From a virus (lineage: Duplodnaviria > Caudoviricetes): a DNA stretch of 56,061 bases. The stretch is taken from the IMG/VR virus record IMGVR_UViG_3300005529_000044, positions 1-56,061 of that record, one strand, 5' to 3'. The notes under the pieces were generated by a model. It had not been told where the DNA came from. It worked only from the letters and a program-made list of their open reading frames with translations, and searched no databases. Position numbers and translations under genes: made by a program. Position 1 is the stretch's first letter, and every line of letters starts with the position of its first letter. Positions 8,029 through 17,624 of this stretch are shown one piece after another.

Positions 8029-9823
8029 GGATGTGCGCGTTTACGGCGGCTGAGTTAGTGAAGCAAAGCGCCTGGCTGGCGGGCGTTGAGTAGACTGTCC
8101 CGAGGCCGCTGCCTTCGACGATGCCTGATTGGGCGATCAGGTCCCAGGCCGGGCTCAGGCTCGTGGTGCCGGTCCCGCAGTTAGACCCGGTTCCGTATTT
8201 CATCGTGACCGTGGTGGTTCCGTTGGCCATCACGGAGAGCTCGCAAATGTAGATCGCGGTCGATCCGGATGCCGCGACGATTTGCGTCGTCGTCGCCGTC
8301 GTCATGTCGAGAACAGCCGTCGAGCGGCAGGCGATCACGCCCTGTAGGTTCCCGGCGGTGAGCGCGCCGAAATACGTGGCGTTCGCCGGCACCGCGGATC
8401 CGGTTGCCCCGTGGCCGAAGTTGGCGATCGCGGAGTTATCGGAGGCAAGCACCACGCGCTGGACTCCCGTTCCGGCCGTGCCGTTGCCCATCGTGACCGC
8501 GACGCCATTCATCTGGGCCACATTGGTTGAAATGTTCGAAGCGGCCGAGGTCTTGATGTTGACATCGAGCGCCGAGGCCGTCGAGGTGAGCAGATTGCCC
8601 GATCCGTCCGCGGTGCGGACGACGCCGATTACCTTTGTGGTTTCCGCGCCGAGCGTGGCGTTGACATTCCAGGTTCCGCCTTGATTTGCCGTCACTGTGC
8701 CGCTGACCGGCTGCGTTGCTGCGGAGCCGTCGACCTTTAGGGCTCCGCCCACGCTCACGGTTGCGGCGTTTCCGCCCTGGCTGATCGTCGCAAGCCAGGG
8801 CGTGGTGTTGGCGGTGTTACCAGGCTGCACGGTCCAGGTGCCGCCCTGGTTCGAAGTCACCGTCCCCGAGATTGGCTGCGTCACGCCCGAACCATCGACC
8901 TTAAGGGGGATCATCGAGGCGATGCCCTGCACCGTGATCACATCAGCGCTCGCGACGCCTGCGGTTCCGAGCGCTGGCTGTTTCGCTGCGGTCGCCGCGC
9001 CGGTCGGAAGCGGAAGGCTTGCGGCCGATACCGGCTGGGTTGCCTGCCAGAAGGTTCCGCTCACGGGCTGCGTTACTCCTGAGCCGTCCACCTTCACGGG
9101 CGTCATCCCAGTGATGCCCTGCACACTCACGACGTTGGCGTTCGGCGTTCCCGCCGGGCCGGTGGGCGTGCCGCCCGAGCCTGCGGCCACGTTCACCAGC
9201 AGATTTCCGGAACCATCTACCTTCACCGGCTGCATATTGACGCCGTCGGTTGCCCCGATCGGAGTGCCGCTCGAAGGAAACGCCGATCCAAACGATGGAC
9301 CACTCGATGCGCTGCACCCGGTGACGCAGTTGACATAGGCCGGGTTCGCGGAGCTGGTTCCGACGACAGGCCCGATCACCTGGCCCTGGGCATTCGCCGC
9401 GATTACGAACAGGACTGCGAGCGGCGAGGCGAGGCGCAGGAATCGACCGAGCCGCATCCAGCGGCCCGACGCTACTTTCGCAGCCTTGAGCTTTAGCCGG
9501 TCGTTTTCTTCCCGCGCCTGGAGCAGTTCGTGGGCGAGCGCCCGGCGGATCCGCTCCTGGCGCGCGCGCTGCTCTTCGGCCAGCTTCTGGTGCGAGGTGA
9601 AGGCGGTGATGTGCGCGTCCAGAATCCGGCCGAGAATATCCAGGCGATCCTGGGCGTGCCGGTGGTCGGAGCGGTATTGCTCGATCGAGCGGGTGTGCAG
9701 ATCTAGCGTAGTCTCGAGCAGCTCCAGGTGCCGCCGATAGTCGGCGTCGAGGCGCGAGATCGCCTGCTCCCACTCCTGGACGTGGGCGAGGTCAAGTGGC
9801 GGCTTGGTGATGGATACGGCCAT
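8006..9823 (-). CDS. Fibre-like protein: N-terminal coiled coil, internal signal/TM segment, then repeat-rich shaft
   Basis: About 120 aa of charged helix, then MRLGRFLRLASPLAVLFVIAANA|QGQ, KVDGSG(V/A)TQP(V/I)SGT repeats and a C-terminal beta domain with Cys. Confidence 0.72.
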   Translation of the reverse strand: MAVSITKPPLDLAHVQEWEQAISRLDADYRRHLELLETTLDLHTRSIEQYRSDHRHAQDRLDILGRILDAHITAFTSHQKLAEEQRARQERIRRALAHELLQAREENDRLKLKAAKVASGRWMRLGRFLRLASPLAVLFVIAANAQGQVIGPVVGTSSANPAYVNCVTGCSASSGPSFGSAFPSSGTPIGATDGVNMQPVKVDGSGNLLVNVAAGSGGTPTGPAGTPNANVVSVQGITGMTPVKVDGSGVTQPVSGTFWQATQPVSAASLPLPTGAATAAKQPALGTAGVASADVITVQGIASMIPLKVDGSGVTQPISGTVTSNQGGTWTVQPGNTANTTPWLATISQGGNAATVSVGGALKVDGSAATQPVSGTVTANQGGTWNVNATLGAETTKVIGVVRTADGSGNLLTSTASALDVNIKTSAASNISTNVAQMNGVAVTMGNGTAGTGVQRVVLASDNSAIANFGHGATGSAVPANATYFGALTAGNLQGVIACRSTAVLDMTTATTTQIVAASGSTAIYICELSVMANGTTTVTMKYGTGSNCGTGTTSLSPAWDLIAQSGIVEGSGLGTVYSTPASQALCFTNSAAVNAHIHVSYTQM

Positions 9824-9829
9824 GGTGAT

Positions 9830-10132
9830 TTACGGATCGAAGTAAACGATGCCTCCGTATAGGCCTGGACCGGACGCGCTCCACACGACGCCGCCCTTGG
9901 CGGTTTCGCCCTCTTCGGGTGTGAAGTCAAGGCGGCTGTTATTCGGCAGCGTTTGTACTGGCAGGATCGGCGAGCCGTCGGCGTCGTTGGCCTGGACTGT
10001 CAGCGTGCCGCCGCTATTGTTGATGGCGTAGATCCGGCGCACGACGCAATCGCGGCCGATCTCGTTGGTGGCGGCTTGGGGGATGGCTTTGCGCTTGATC
10101 TCGCGTCGCTCGCGATTGCGGAAAAATCCCAA
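9830..10132 (-). CDS. Hypothetical beta-rich virion-associated protein (no signal peptide)
   Basis: Fills the gap between the ejection and fibre genes in operon orientation. Confidence 0.6.
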   Translation of the reverse strand: MGFFRNRERREIKRKAIPQAATNEIGRDCVVRRIYAINNSGGTLTVQANDADGSPILPVQTLPNNSRLDFTPEEGETAKGGVVWSASGPGLYGGIVYFDP

Positions 10133-10182
10133 GCCCGAAGTCCTTTCTGCTTCCCAGCAGTAAGTTCAGTTCCGAGTGTACT

Positions 10183-13100
10183 TCAATTCACGCGCGCCCT
10201 CACCCGGGCGATCTGCTCGGTCATGAGCTCGCGCCGCGTGTCCTGATCCGCGCGCTGGTAAGCGGGGCTGGTAATCAGCCGGGCGAGCGCCTGCTTGATC
10301 GCGACTCCTTCGCGCGTCAGGCGCGCTTTGTATTGCCCGTCCGATTCTGGTTTCTGCCAGGTGGCGTTTGGATGCGCGGCGCGGCGCACCCGGAATTCTT
10401 CGAGCGTCTCGCCCTTCTTCTGTGGGCTGGTGGCCACGGGGACGCGGTTGGCAACCAGTTCCCGCAGGACGAAATCGCCCTGCTCCTTGGCCTTGCTGCC
10501 GATGGTCGGATCGAGGACGGAGCGCCATTCTTGCTTCAGCGTCTCTCCGAATAGGTCGACGCGCTCGGGAAGTTGGTTGCGCAGGCCGGGAATACGCTCG
10601 GCGATTTTCGCGCGGATCTGCTCGCCTGCCGAGGTCGAGCGGGTTTCGCGCCGGGATGTGTCGGCCGCCGCGGCAACGTCGGCGACGGCGGTGGGGATGA
10701 AAGAACCCGCGGTTGAGCCGACCAGCGTCGTGAACTTTCGCTCTGGCTCGTTTCCGGCCTCGACGACTCCACTCATACCCTTCAGCATCGGCTGCTCCAT
10801 CACGGTCTTTCCTGCGATTCCCGCTATGGCTGGAAGATCACCGCGCGCTACAGAATCGCGCTGGAGAGTTGCGCCAAGCACGATTAGGTTTCCGACAGGA
10901 GAGAACGCATCGATCCGGTGCCATTTGCCATTGATCAGGACGGAACCGTACATCCGTCCGGCGGCTTCGGCCACATCCCGTTGGCCCTTTTCGGCCTGGG
11001 ACGTTCCGGTTGCCAGGCCCTTCGAAGACAGCCAGTAGCCGAGCCACAGAAGCGCCGAACCGGTCAGTCCCCGTCCGATCGCGAGCGAAAATGCCCGCTG
11101 CGTTTCCGCGTTCCAGCCTTTCGCAGATATCACCCTTTGGATGGCTACGGCGCTGCGGCCGATGCCGCCCACGGGCGTGTAGTCGATGATTCTCGAAATG
11201 ATGTTTGAAGGCGTGCGCACGAACGGAACGGCCAGATCCATGGCCGCAACCAGTGCGCGGCCGCCGGGCGTTCCCGTCCGCAATAGCAGACCTTTTGCCC
11301 CAGCCCAGGCCTGCGCAATCAGATTGTCATTGTTGAACGTGGCGAACAGAGCGTCTTTCCACGCCTCCGCTCGCATGGCGTCGGTAGGTTCGGCCACGGC
11401 TGCCAGCTTCATGCGCTCCTGCAAACTGCGCTCGTAGGCGTACACCTTGAAGACTCGGTCCTCAGCTCCCATGCTCCGGAACACGGCGTTGATCGCCGTA
11501 TCGAATACGCGGTTTCCCGTATTCACCTCACGCGTGTAGTCGAGCTGCGACAGGTCTTCCCTGGTAGCGCCTTCCCTCAGAATCTGGAGGGCTTCGCGCA
11601 CTCCACGAGTCGCCGCAGCTTTCCCGGCCGCGGCCACCGATCGAGGGCTTGGACCCTGCACCGTCTTCTGCCCGCTGAACAGCTCGAGCGCCGAATCGAC
11701 GATCACGGAAGGCGCGCGACTCACTTCTTCGAGGACCTGGAATGCCGTGTTGCCGCCTAGGTTTCGGAGATGGGTCCGCACGCCAGTCAGGAGTCCCGCG
11801 CGTCGGAAGGCCATGATGGCTTCGAGCGGCCCCGTTTTTTCGAGCTTTGCGAGCTTCCGCGCCAGCTCGATCCGTGCCTGCTTGACGGCCGGATCGCTGT
11901 CCACTTCGGCGCGCTCGGCCGGAGACAGTTCCCATTTGGACGGCGCGCGCTCTTTCGTCACACCCGCCATCTTCTGCTGGATCAGATCGAGCACGCGCTG
12001 CTTGTAGCGGGCCTGCCGTTCGGCAAGGCTCGGTCCTTCGGCCGGGGGCGGGCCTGCTTCGACGCGCGCTTCTTGCTGGGCCTGGCGGATGCGGACGCGG
12101 CGCACGGCGTTTGCTTCAGCTTCCTGGCCGCGCGCGGTGATGCCCTGCACGTCTTTCAAAACTTCGGCGGGCAGCTCGGCTCCCTCCGGGATTCCGATCG
12201 CGCGGCGGGCTCGTGAGAGCCAGTAGGTTACGTCGAACGATCCCTCGGCCATCATCCGGTGATAAGCCAAGTTGCGGCCGTCCTGCGAACGCGTCGGGAT
12301 CAGCACGTCGACCAGGCGGCGGGCGTCCTGCTCCAGGCGCTCGATCTGATCGGTCAGGCGGGCGCGTTCGTCGCCGGTCATGTTGGGCGCATTGGCCGAA
12401 AAGGCCTGGCGCTTCTGTTCCAGTTCAACGTTCAAGCCGTTGAGGGTTTCCCGAGCCGCGAAGCGCACGGCCGGATCGAGCGTGTCGCCCTGCTTCATCT
12501 TCGACACGTCCAGCTTGTCGACGAGCGACGGATCGAGCTCGCGGGCCTGCTTTTGGATGTCGGCGAAGCTCACCACCTGGCGGGCGGGGTTGCGCTGTTC
12601 GAAGTCGGAAAGCCGCGTCTCCATCGCCGTGCGGACGGGCTCGCTGACCTTGGCCAGCAGGTTGGCTTTCGTCGCCTCGTAGGAAGGCGATGTGACCGGG
12701 CGCGACGGTTCTCCTGCGGTCGGTTTCGCGGGTGGCTGAACGGTCTCGCCGTAGCCGCCCTTGGCCATCTGATCGCGATGAAGCGCCTGGGCCCGCATCC
12801 AAACTTTGCCGAGATAGGGCCGGATCTCTTCGCCCAGGTCCCGGAGCATTTCCTCGGACCAGGCCTTGAACTTCACCGCGCCCTTGGCGATTTTGATCGC
12901 GCCCAGCGCCGCGTAGTCGGCGAGCTGCTCGGCGGCCAGGCCGGGGCCTGCGGAAAGCGTCGATCCGGCTTCCCGGACGCGCTTGGCCATGCGCTCTTTG
13001 ATTTTCCGCTCCGCAAAATCGAGCTTCGATATACTGGAGCTGCGGCCGGTGACCGAGGAAGACGGTTCGGTCCCCGGTAGGGCCTCGGTGACGCCGACAG

Positions 13101-15525
13101 ATGCGCCGGGGGCCGGTCGCTCGTAGGCCGTGAGCAGCCACTCCGGGGTTTCTTTTCCCTTGAAGTCGGCCGCGATCACTGCACGGTTTCCGTCTTTCTC
13201 CAGGACCTTGCCCACTGTGCGGCCGCCTTTGCCTTTGATCTCTTCGACGACGGGCATAGTCGAGATCTGGTCGACAATTCGGTCCAGGTAGCCAGGCCGG
13301 CGGGCGTCGATGTGAGAGACGCCGTAGCCCCGCAGCAACCGTTCTCCTTCGCCGGGCGTTCCGTACACCAGTCCAATCGACCCCACCTCCGGATGTTCGA
13401 TGACGCCGCGGGCGTGTCCCGCTTTTCGCTCTCGCAGCCAGGCGAGCGCGTCCTGCGGACGGTTTCGAAATTCGCGCGCAACGGGCCCAAAGTCGTCGGC
13501 TTCCCGGAATGCCTCCCGGAAACTCTCGGCCTGGCTGGGCGGCTCGATCCCTAGTAACTGCTGGCCGCCGGCGCCCATCTGAGCTTCGGATGCATATTGG
13601 CGGAAGGCCCGGGCGGCTTCCGTCGGCTTCTCCTGGAGCTTGCGTGCGATCGCAATGGCCGGTTCGGAATACTCGGCCGGCCCAAACATGCCGCGCTGCG
13701 CCACCAGGTCATCGATAGTCATGTCGCGCCGGCGCGCGTCTTCAAGCAGGCTCACGGCTTGCTTCGTGGCTCCGGTGATGTCCCAGCCTTCAAGGCCTTC
13801 GGTTTTGGCGAGCGGCGCGGCGACCCGTTCGAGCTTTTCGCGGAGCTGCGTCGGCGTATCGTCGAACTGCCGGGCGTCTTCGAACAGTCGGCCGATCATC
13901 AGCCGGCTCACGCGGGCTTTACCCTCGGCGGTGAGGCTGCCGTCCTGGTTCAAGAGCTTGGGCTTTTCCTGGTTGGTGATCACGCCATCGGATACGAGGC
14001 GTTCGACGATCGGCCGGGCGTCTCCAGAAAGCGCCTGGTTGAGCGTTCCTTCCGGTCCCTGCTGGTCGATCCTCCGGGTGATCTCGTCAAGCGTGGGCGC
14101 CGTCACGCGGCGCGAGTCGGCGATCGCGCGCTCGGCCTGGCGTAGCTCGGCGGTCCCCACTTTGTTGAAATCCGTGATGGCGGCCTGCGCGTCGGGCAGG
14201 TCTTGTGCGATTTCGCGCACCGGGTTCCTCTCGAAATTGTGAGGGTTGTGGGAAGGATAGACGTCCTCGGCCTCGCGCAGCGCGTAGACGGCCTGGTAGC
14301 GCTTGCGCTCGCCGGGGATCCGGACCTCGGTGTCCTTGCCATAAAGCGGCGGCGTGGCCGGCGGCCGCGGCTCGATCGTCGCGCGCTGATCGGCAGTCGG
14401 CGGAACTTCGGCCGTGGCTGTCTGCTCGGGCGGCGTGGTGGTGATCTCGGGTGCGGGAGCTGTAGGAGCTTCTTCCGTTTCTGCTGGGTGCTCCACCGGC
14501 TTGCCCGCGTAGCCCTTGCTCACAAGGTCATCGACCACGGCGCGGTCAGTGTCGCTCAGCCGCTTATAGGATTTGCCCGCGAGCGTGCGCGCCAGGTCCT
14601 CTCGCGCGCCTTCGATGCGTGTCTGAGCTTCGGGCACGCCTTCGGCGGGCGGCGCGGCTGTGGCGCGCCGCTGGCCGCGGTTCATCGGTGCCGGCCCGGA
14701 GGACGCGAGGAAGTCTTCGGGCGAGACGGTCCACGTGCCGGCCTTCTGGCGGATCGCGATCTCGCGGTTGGCGGCGGCGCGCTGCTCCGGATTGAACGTC
14801 GCGGCCGCCAGGTCTTCGTTTGAGGCCGCGCCCATCTCGTCCATCAGCTTCTCTTCGGGCGTGCGCGGCGTGCCCGCTGGGATTGGCTCAGCTTCTCGGC
14901 TGGCTGCATGCCGCAGACCGAGTGCGCTCATGCCGGCATTGAGCATTGCGCTCGTGAACAGCTTGGCGGCTTGGGGATAGTCGCCCGCGTCGACTGCCTT
15001 TCGAAACTCCTGGCTATCGCGGTAGGCCGATTCGAGCATCTGCGCGCTGAACCCGGCGCTTATGGCCTTGGGGAGCGCAGCTTTGACCAGCGGGAGCTTC
15101 AAGGCGAGCGCGCCCAGGCCTCCGGTTGCGACCTGGATCCCGACGTTTACCGGGTTGAGCGTCATCTGCTCGGCGAATTCCGCGCCGGCTTTCGCCACAC
15201 CGCCCGCCACGGTGGTGGGCTTTTCGGGGATGCCCAGCGCTTCCTGGATGATCGGCGGTGCGAGGCCAGCGGGTGTCGCCCGCGATTTGACATACGCCGG
15301 TGTTCCGGGCTTCGGCGCACCAGCGGCCTCGTTGCGAAGGCGGAACGCGGGCACGGCTTTGCTGGGTGGACTGATATTATCAGGCGGTTCTGTAGAAGGC
15401 GCGGCCTGGCCGAGGAAATCCTCGGGCGAGACTTTCCACGTTGTTTTTGATACGACGGGCTCCGAAGCCGAAGCGAGAAAGGCCTCCGGCGAAACGGTCC
15501 AGCTACTTTGTGACGGTGTAGCCAT
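10183..15525 (-). CDS. Large DNA-ejection/polyvalent protein (1780 aa) with ddrB-like ParB remnant, PBECR-like nuclease and LPD38-like C-terminus
   Basis: Third and largest gene after the tail genes, as for P22 gp16. Motifs YALREAEDVYPSH; IGLVYG...GYGVSHI...WLLTAYE; THLRNLGGN; VPFVRTPSNI. Confidence 0.78.
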   Translation of the reverse strand: MATPSQSSWTVSPEAFLASASEPVVSKTTWKVSPEDFLGQAAPSTEPPDNISPPSKAVPAFRLRNEAAGAPKPGTPAYVKSRATPAGLAPPIIQEALGIPEKPTTVAGGVAKAGAEFAEQMTLNPVNVGIQVATGGLGALALKLPLVKAALPKAISAGFSAQMLESAYRDSQEFRKAVDAGDYPQAAKLFTSAMLNAGMSALGLRHAASREAEPIPAGTPRTPEEKLMDEMGAASNEDLAAATFNPEQRAAANREIAIRQKAGTWTVSPEDFLASSGPAPMNRGQRRATAAPPAEGVPEAQTRIEGAREDLARTLAGKSYKRLSDTDRAVVDDLVSKGYAGKPVEHPAETEEAPTAPAPEITTTPPEQTATAEVPPTADQRATIEPRPPATPPLYGKDTEVRIPGERKRYQAVYALREAEDVYPSHNPHNFERNPVREIAQDLPDAQAAITDFNKVGTAELRQAERAIADSRRVTAPTLDEITRRIDQQGPEGTLNQALSGDARPIVERLVSDGVITNQEKPKLLNQDGSLTAEGKARVSRLMIGRLFEDARQFDDTPTQLREKLERVAAPLAKTEGLEGWDITGATKQAVSLLEDARRRDMTIDDLVAQRGMFGPAEYSEPAIAIARKLQEKPTEAARAFRQYASEAQMGAGGQQLLGIEPPSQAESFREAFREADDFGPVAREFRNRPQDALAWLRERKAGHARGVIEHPEVGSIGLVYGTPGEGERLLRGYGVSHIDARRPGYLDRIVDQISTMPVVEEIKGKGGRTVGKVLEKDGNRAVIAADFKGKETPEWLLTAYERPAPGASVGVTEALPGTEPSSSVTGRSSSISKLDFAERKIKERMAKRVREAGSTLSAGPGLAAEQLADYAALGAIKIAKGAVKFKAWSEEMLRDLGEEIRPYLGKVWMRAQALHRDQMAKGGYGETVQPPAKPTAGEPSRPVTSPSYEATKANLLAKVSEPVRTAMETRLSDFEQRNPARQVVSFADIQKQARELDPSLVDKLDVSKMKQGDTLDPAVRFAARETLNGLNVELEQKRQAFSANAPNMTGDERARLTDQIERLEQDARRLVDVLIPTRSQDGRNLAYHRMMAEGSFDVTYWLSRARRAIGIPEGAELPAEVLKDVQGITARGQEAEANAVRRVRIRQAQQEARVEAGPPPAEGPSLAERQARYKQRVLDLIQQKMAGVTKERAPSKWELSPAERAEVDSDPAVKQARIELARKLAKLEKTGPLEAIMAFRRAGLLTGVRTHLRNLGGNTAFQVLEEVSRAPSVIVDSALELFSGQKTVQGPSPRSVAAAGKAAATRGVREALQILREGATREDLSQLDYTREVNTGNRVFDTAINAVFRSMGAEDRVFKVYAYERSLQERMKLAAVAEPTDAMRAEAWKDALFATFNNDNLIAQAWAGAKGLLLRTGTPGGRALVAAMDLAVPFVRTPSNIISRIIDYTPVGGIGRSAVAIQRVISAKGWNAETQRAFSLAIGRGLTGSALLWLGYWLSSKGLATGTSQAEKGQRDVAEAAGRMYGSVLINGKWHRIDAFSPVGNLIVLGATLQRDSVARGDLPAIAGIAGKTVMEQPMLKGMSGVVEAGNEPERKFTTLVGSTAGSFIPTAVADVAAAADTSRRETRSTSAGEQIRAKIAERIPGLRNQLPERVDLFGETLKQEWRSVLDPTIGSKAKEQGDFVLRELVANRVPVATSPQKKGETLEEFRVRRAAHPNATWQKPESDGQYKARLTREGVAIKQALARLITSPAYQRADQDTRRELMTEQIARVRARVN

Positions 15526-16765
15526 CGGCGGTCAGGCGGCGCCGCGCTTCCTCGGCACTGATGCCGTTGGCCTGCGCGAAGGCAGCGAGACGGGACTCGG
15601 GAAACTGCTTTGACTGCCGGCCGGTCTTGGCGGTCGGAGCAGGCGTTGACGTCGATACCGACGTGTTCCCGGCCGGGGCCGCTGGTGCCTTTTCCTGGCG
15701 CGCCCAATTGTTATGCGGGACGGCCTGATTGGTCGCCGCGGCGACCTCGTTTTCATAGGCGTACTGCGCCGCGTCCATCCGGTCGACGTGCTGCTGCCAG
15801 GCGTCTTCGGGCTTGACGAGGGGATCCTTGAGATCTCGCAGGTACTGCGCCTTTGAGGCGGCCAGCGCCGCCGATTTCATGGCCTCGATTTGCGCTGCCT
15901 GTGCCGGGGCAAGCTTCTTGGCTTCCTCTGCCTTTTGCTCCATCGCCTTGTTGTGGCGTTTGGTTTCTTCGAGCTCGGCTTTGCGGATGTCGGCCTGTGA
16001 CTGCTGCTCGGGATTCAATCCCGCGGCGTTGGGCACCTTCGACGGCCGCGATTGGACCTCGGTCGCGGTGCGTTCCTTTGCTTCGGCTGTGCGCGCCTGC
16101 TCGCCTTCGATGCGCGCCTTCGATTCGGCCGCCTCCTGCTCTGCTTTGCGGCGGTTGAGCTCGTTGGTGATCTGCTGCTGGGCACCGAGCGCGGTATTGA
16201 CGTGAGTCTGGAGCCATTCATCTCCGGGATACTGCTCGGGGACATCTTCCGGTTTCACGTGGCCCGCGCGAATCAGAGCCGCGCGCGCGGTCTGGTAGGC
16301 TCGCGATCGCGCGGCCAGATCCCGGGCCGCCTTGTCTTGCGGGGTCTCGCCATCGACCGGCGGCGCTTGGGTTGAGAGCACAGCTTGCGCGGCGGATCCG
16401 ACGGCCTTCGTCTGTTTCTCGGCGTTTTCGAGCTCGTTCTGGGTCGCGGTGGCGATCTTCTGCTTGTGCGCGGCGATGATGTCGTCGAGCTTCTGCTGGT
16501 TGCGCGGCCGGACCTTCCCGCGCACCATGGCGGAAACTTTGTCGAGGTCTCCGCCTGACGCGCCGTAGGCCTGCTGGATCGCCTTCTGATCCTCGATGTC
16601 TTCGAGCTGCTCTTGCCGTTTGAGCGCCAAGTTGCGGGCTTCCTCTCCGCGGTAGGCTGCTTCGGCCATAGCGTTCTGAAGCTGCGCGGTCTGCATCAGC
16701 ACGTTGACGGGCGAAGCCACCTGCGGCGGCCGTACCTGCAACGCGATGGTCGGGTCAATAGGCAT
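15503..16765 (-). CDS. DNA ejection protein (gp20-like position)
   Basis: Start re-called at MPIDPTIALQVRP. A/Q/E-rich helical protein with an EETKRHN motif; middle of three ejection genes. Confidence 0.7.
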   Translation of the reverse strand: MPIDPTIALQVRPPQVASPVNVLMQTAQLQNAMAEAAYRGEEARNLALKRQEQLEDIEDQKAIQQAYGASGGDLDKVSAMVRGKVRPRNQQKLDDIIAAHKQKIATATQNELENAEKQTKAVGSAAQAVLSTQAPPVDGETPQDKAARDLAARSRAYQTARAALIRAGHVKPEDVPEQYPGDEWLQTHVNTALGAQQQITNELNRRKAEQEAAESKARIEGEQARTAEAKERTATEVQSRPSKVPNAAGLNPEQQSQADIRKAELEETKRHNKAMEQKAEEAKKLAPAQAAQIEAMKSAALAASKAQYLRDLKDPLVKPEDAWQQHVDRMDAAQYAYENEVAAATNQAVPHNNWARQEKAPAAPAGNTSVSTSTPAPTAKTGRQSKQFPESRLAAFAQANGISAEEARRRLTADGYTVTK

Positions 16766-16769
16766 CGGT

Positions 16770-17624
16770 CTAGGCGCCAGCGAACTGGAACTCGGAATCC
16801 GGGGAGACAAAGGGTGGCGTGCGAATCGAGCTCACTCCTCCCCGCATTCCAGCGGCGATGCGTTTGAGCGCGTTGAGCAACTGGAACTGCTGAAGCGCGT
16901 TCGATGCGCCCGACAGCGCCGAGCTCCAGACGTTGGCCTTCCCGACCGTTCCCGCGGCTTCGGCGTTGCCCTTTCCGGTGATCGCTTCGGTCTGCAATCC
17001 GGCTACGCGCAGCGGAATGTCGGAGGCGTATTCCTGGGCCTGGATGATGCGGCCGGCGTTGTCAGAGGCCATGCTTGCCCCCATGCCCGCGAGGTTCTGG
17101 AAACCCGCTGCCCGCGACAGCGCTGTCTGACGGTTTGTGTTGTAGGTGCCGAGCGCCCGCTCGAATGCCTGCTGGTAGGTCGTCTGGGCGAGACCCTGGG
17201 CGTACTGCTCGATTGCCTTCTGGCTCGCGCCGCCGCCTAGCTGTCCGCGGGCAGCTTGCGATCGCTGGAGCGCCTGTAATCCCTGATTGAGCGTCCACTG
17301 GTAGCCGGGGTCCTGTTCGAGGTCGCTGGGGTTGAACGCAAACTTGTCGGTGAAAGCGCCCGAGTTGAGCACGTTGAGCAGTTGCTTTAGGGCGGTCGAT
17401 CCCGCTTCGGTGTACGGCTCCGTCTGGGCGAGCGCCCGATCGACCGCAGGCTGGATTCCGGATTTCGCTTCCTCGCCGGCTTTGGTCGCTAGTTCGAGCG
17501 CTGCTTCTTCGGCCGAGGCCTGCTGGCTGGCAGCCTTGCCGGCGGCGTGCGAACCGATGAGTCCTCCGGCGACCGACGTTCCCACGGAGGCGATCAGCGG
17601 AATGAACGGGATTACGGCCGGCAT
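16770..17624 (-). CDS. DNA transfer/ejection protein (gp7-like pilot)
   Basis: Gly/Ala-rich N-terminus; DPGYQW.L.QG..A.QRS.AARG..GGG...A...Y.QGLA motif. Confidence 0.82.
   Translation of the reverse strand: MPAVIPFIPLIASVGTSVAGGLIGSHAAGKAASQQASAEEAALELATKAGEEAKSGIQPAVDRALAQTEPYTEAGSTALKQLLNVLNSGAFTDKFAFNPSDLEQDPGYQWTLNQGLQALQRSQAARGQLGGGASQKAIEQYAQGLAQTTYQQAFERALGTYNTNRQTALSRAAGFQNLAGMGASMASDNAGRIIQAQEYASDIPLRVAGLQTEAITGKGNAEAAGTVGKANVWSSALSGASNALQQFQLLNALKRIAAGMRGGVSSIRTPPFVSPDSEFQFAGA

Noticed and set aside
1-9823. Signal-peptide genes as flanking host DNA
   Set aside because: They are co-oriented and coupled within the late operon between ejection and lysis genes, carry phage fibre motifs, and att lies elsewhere.
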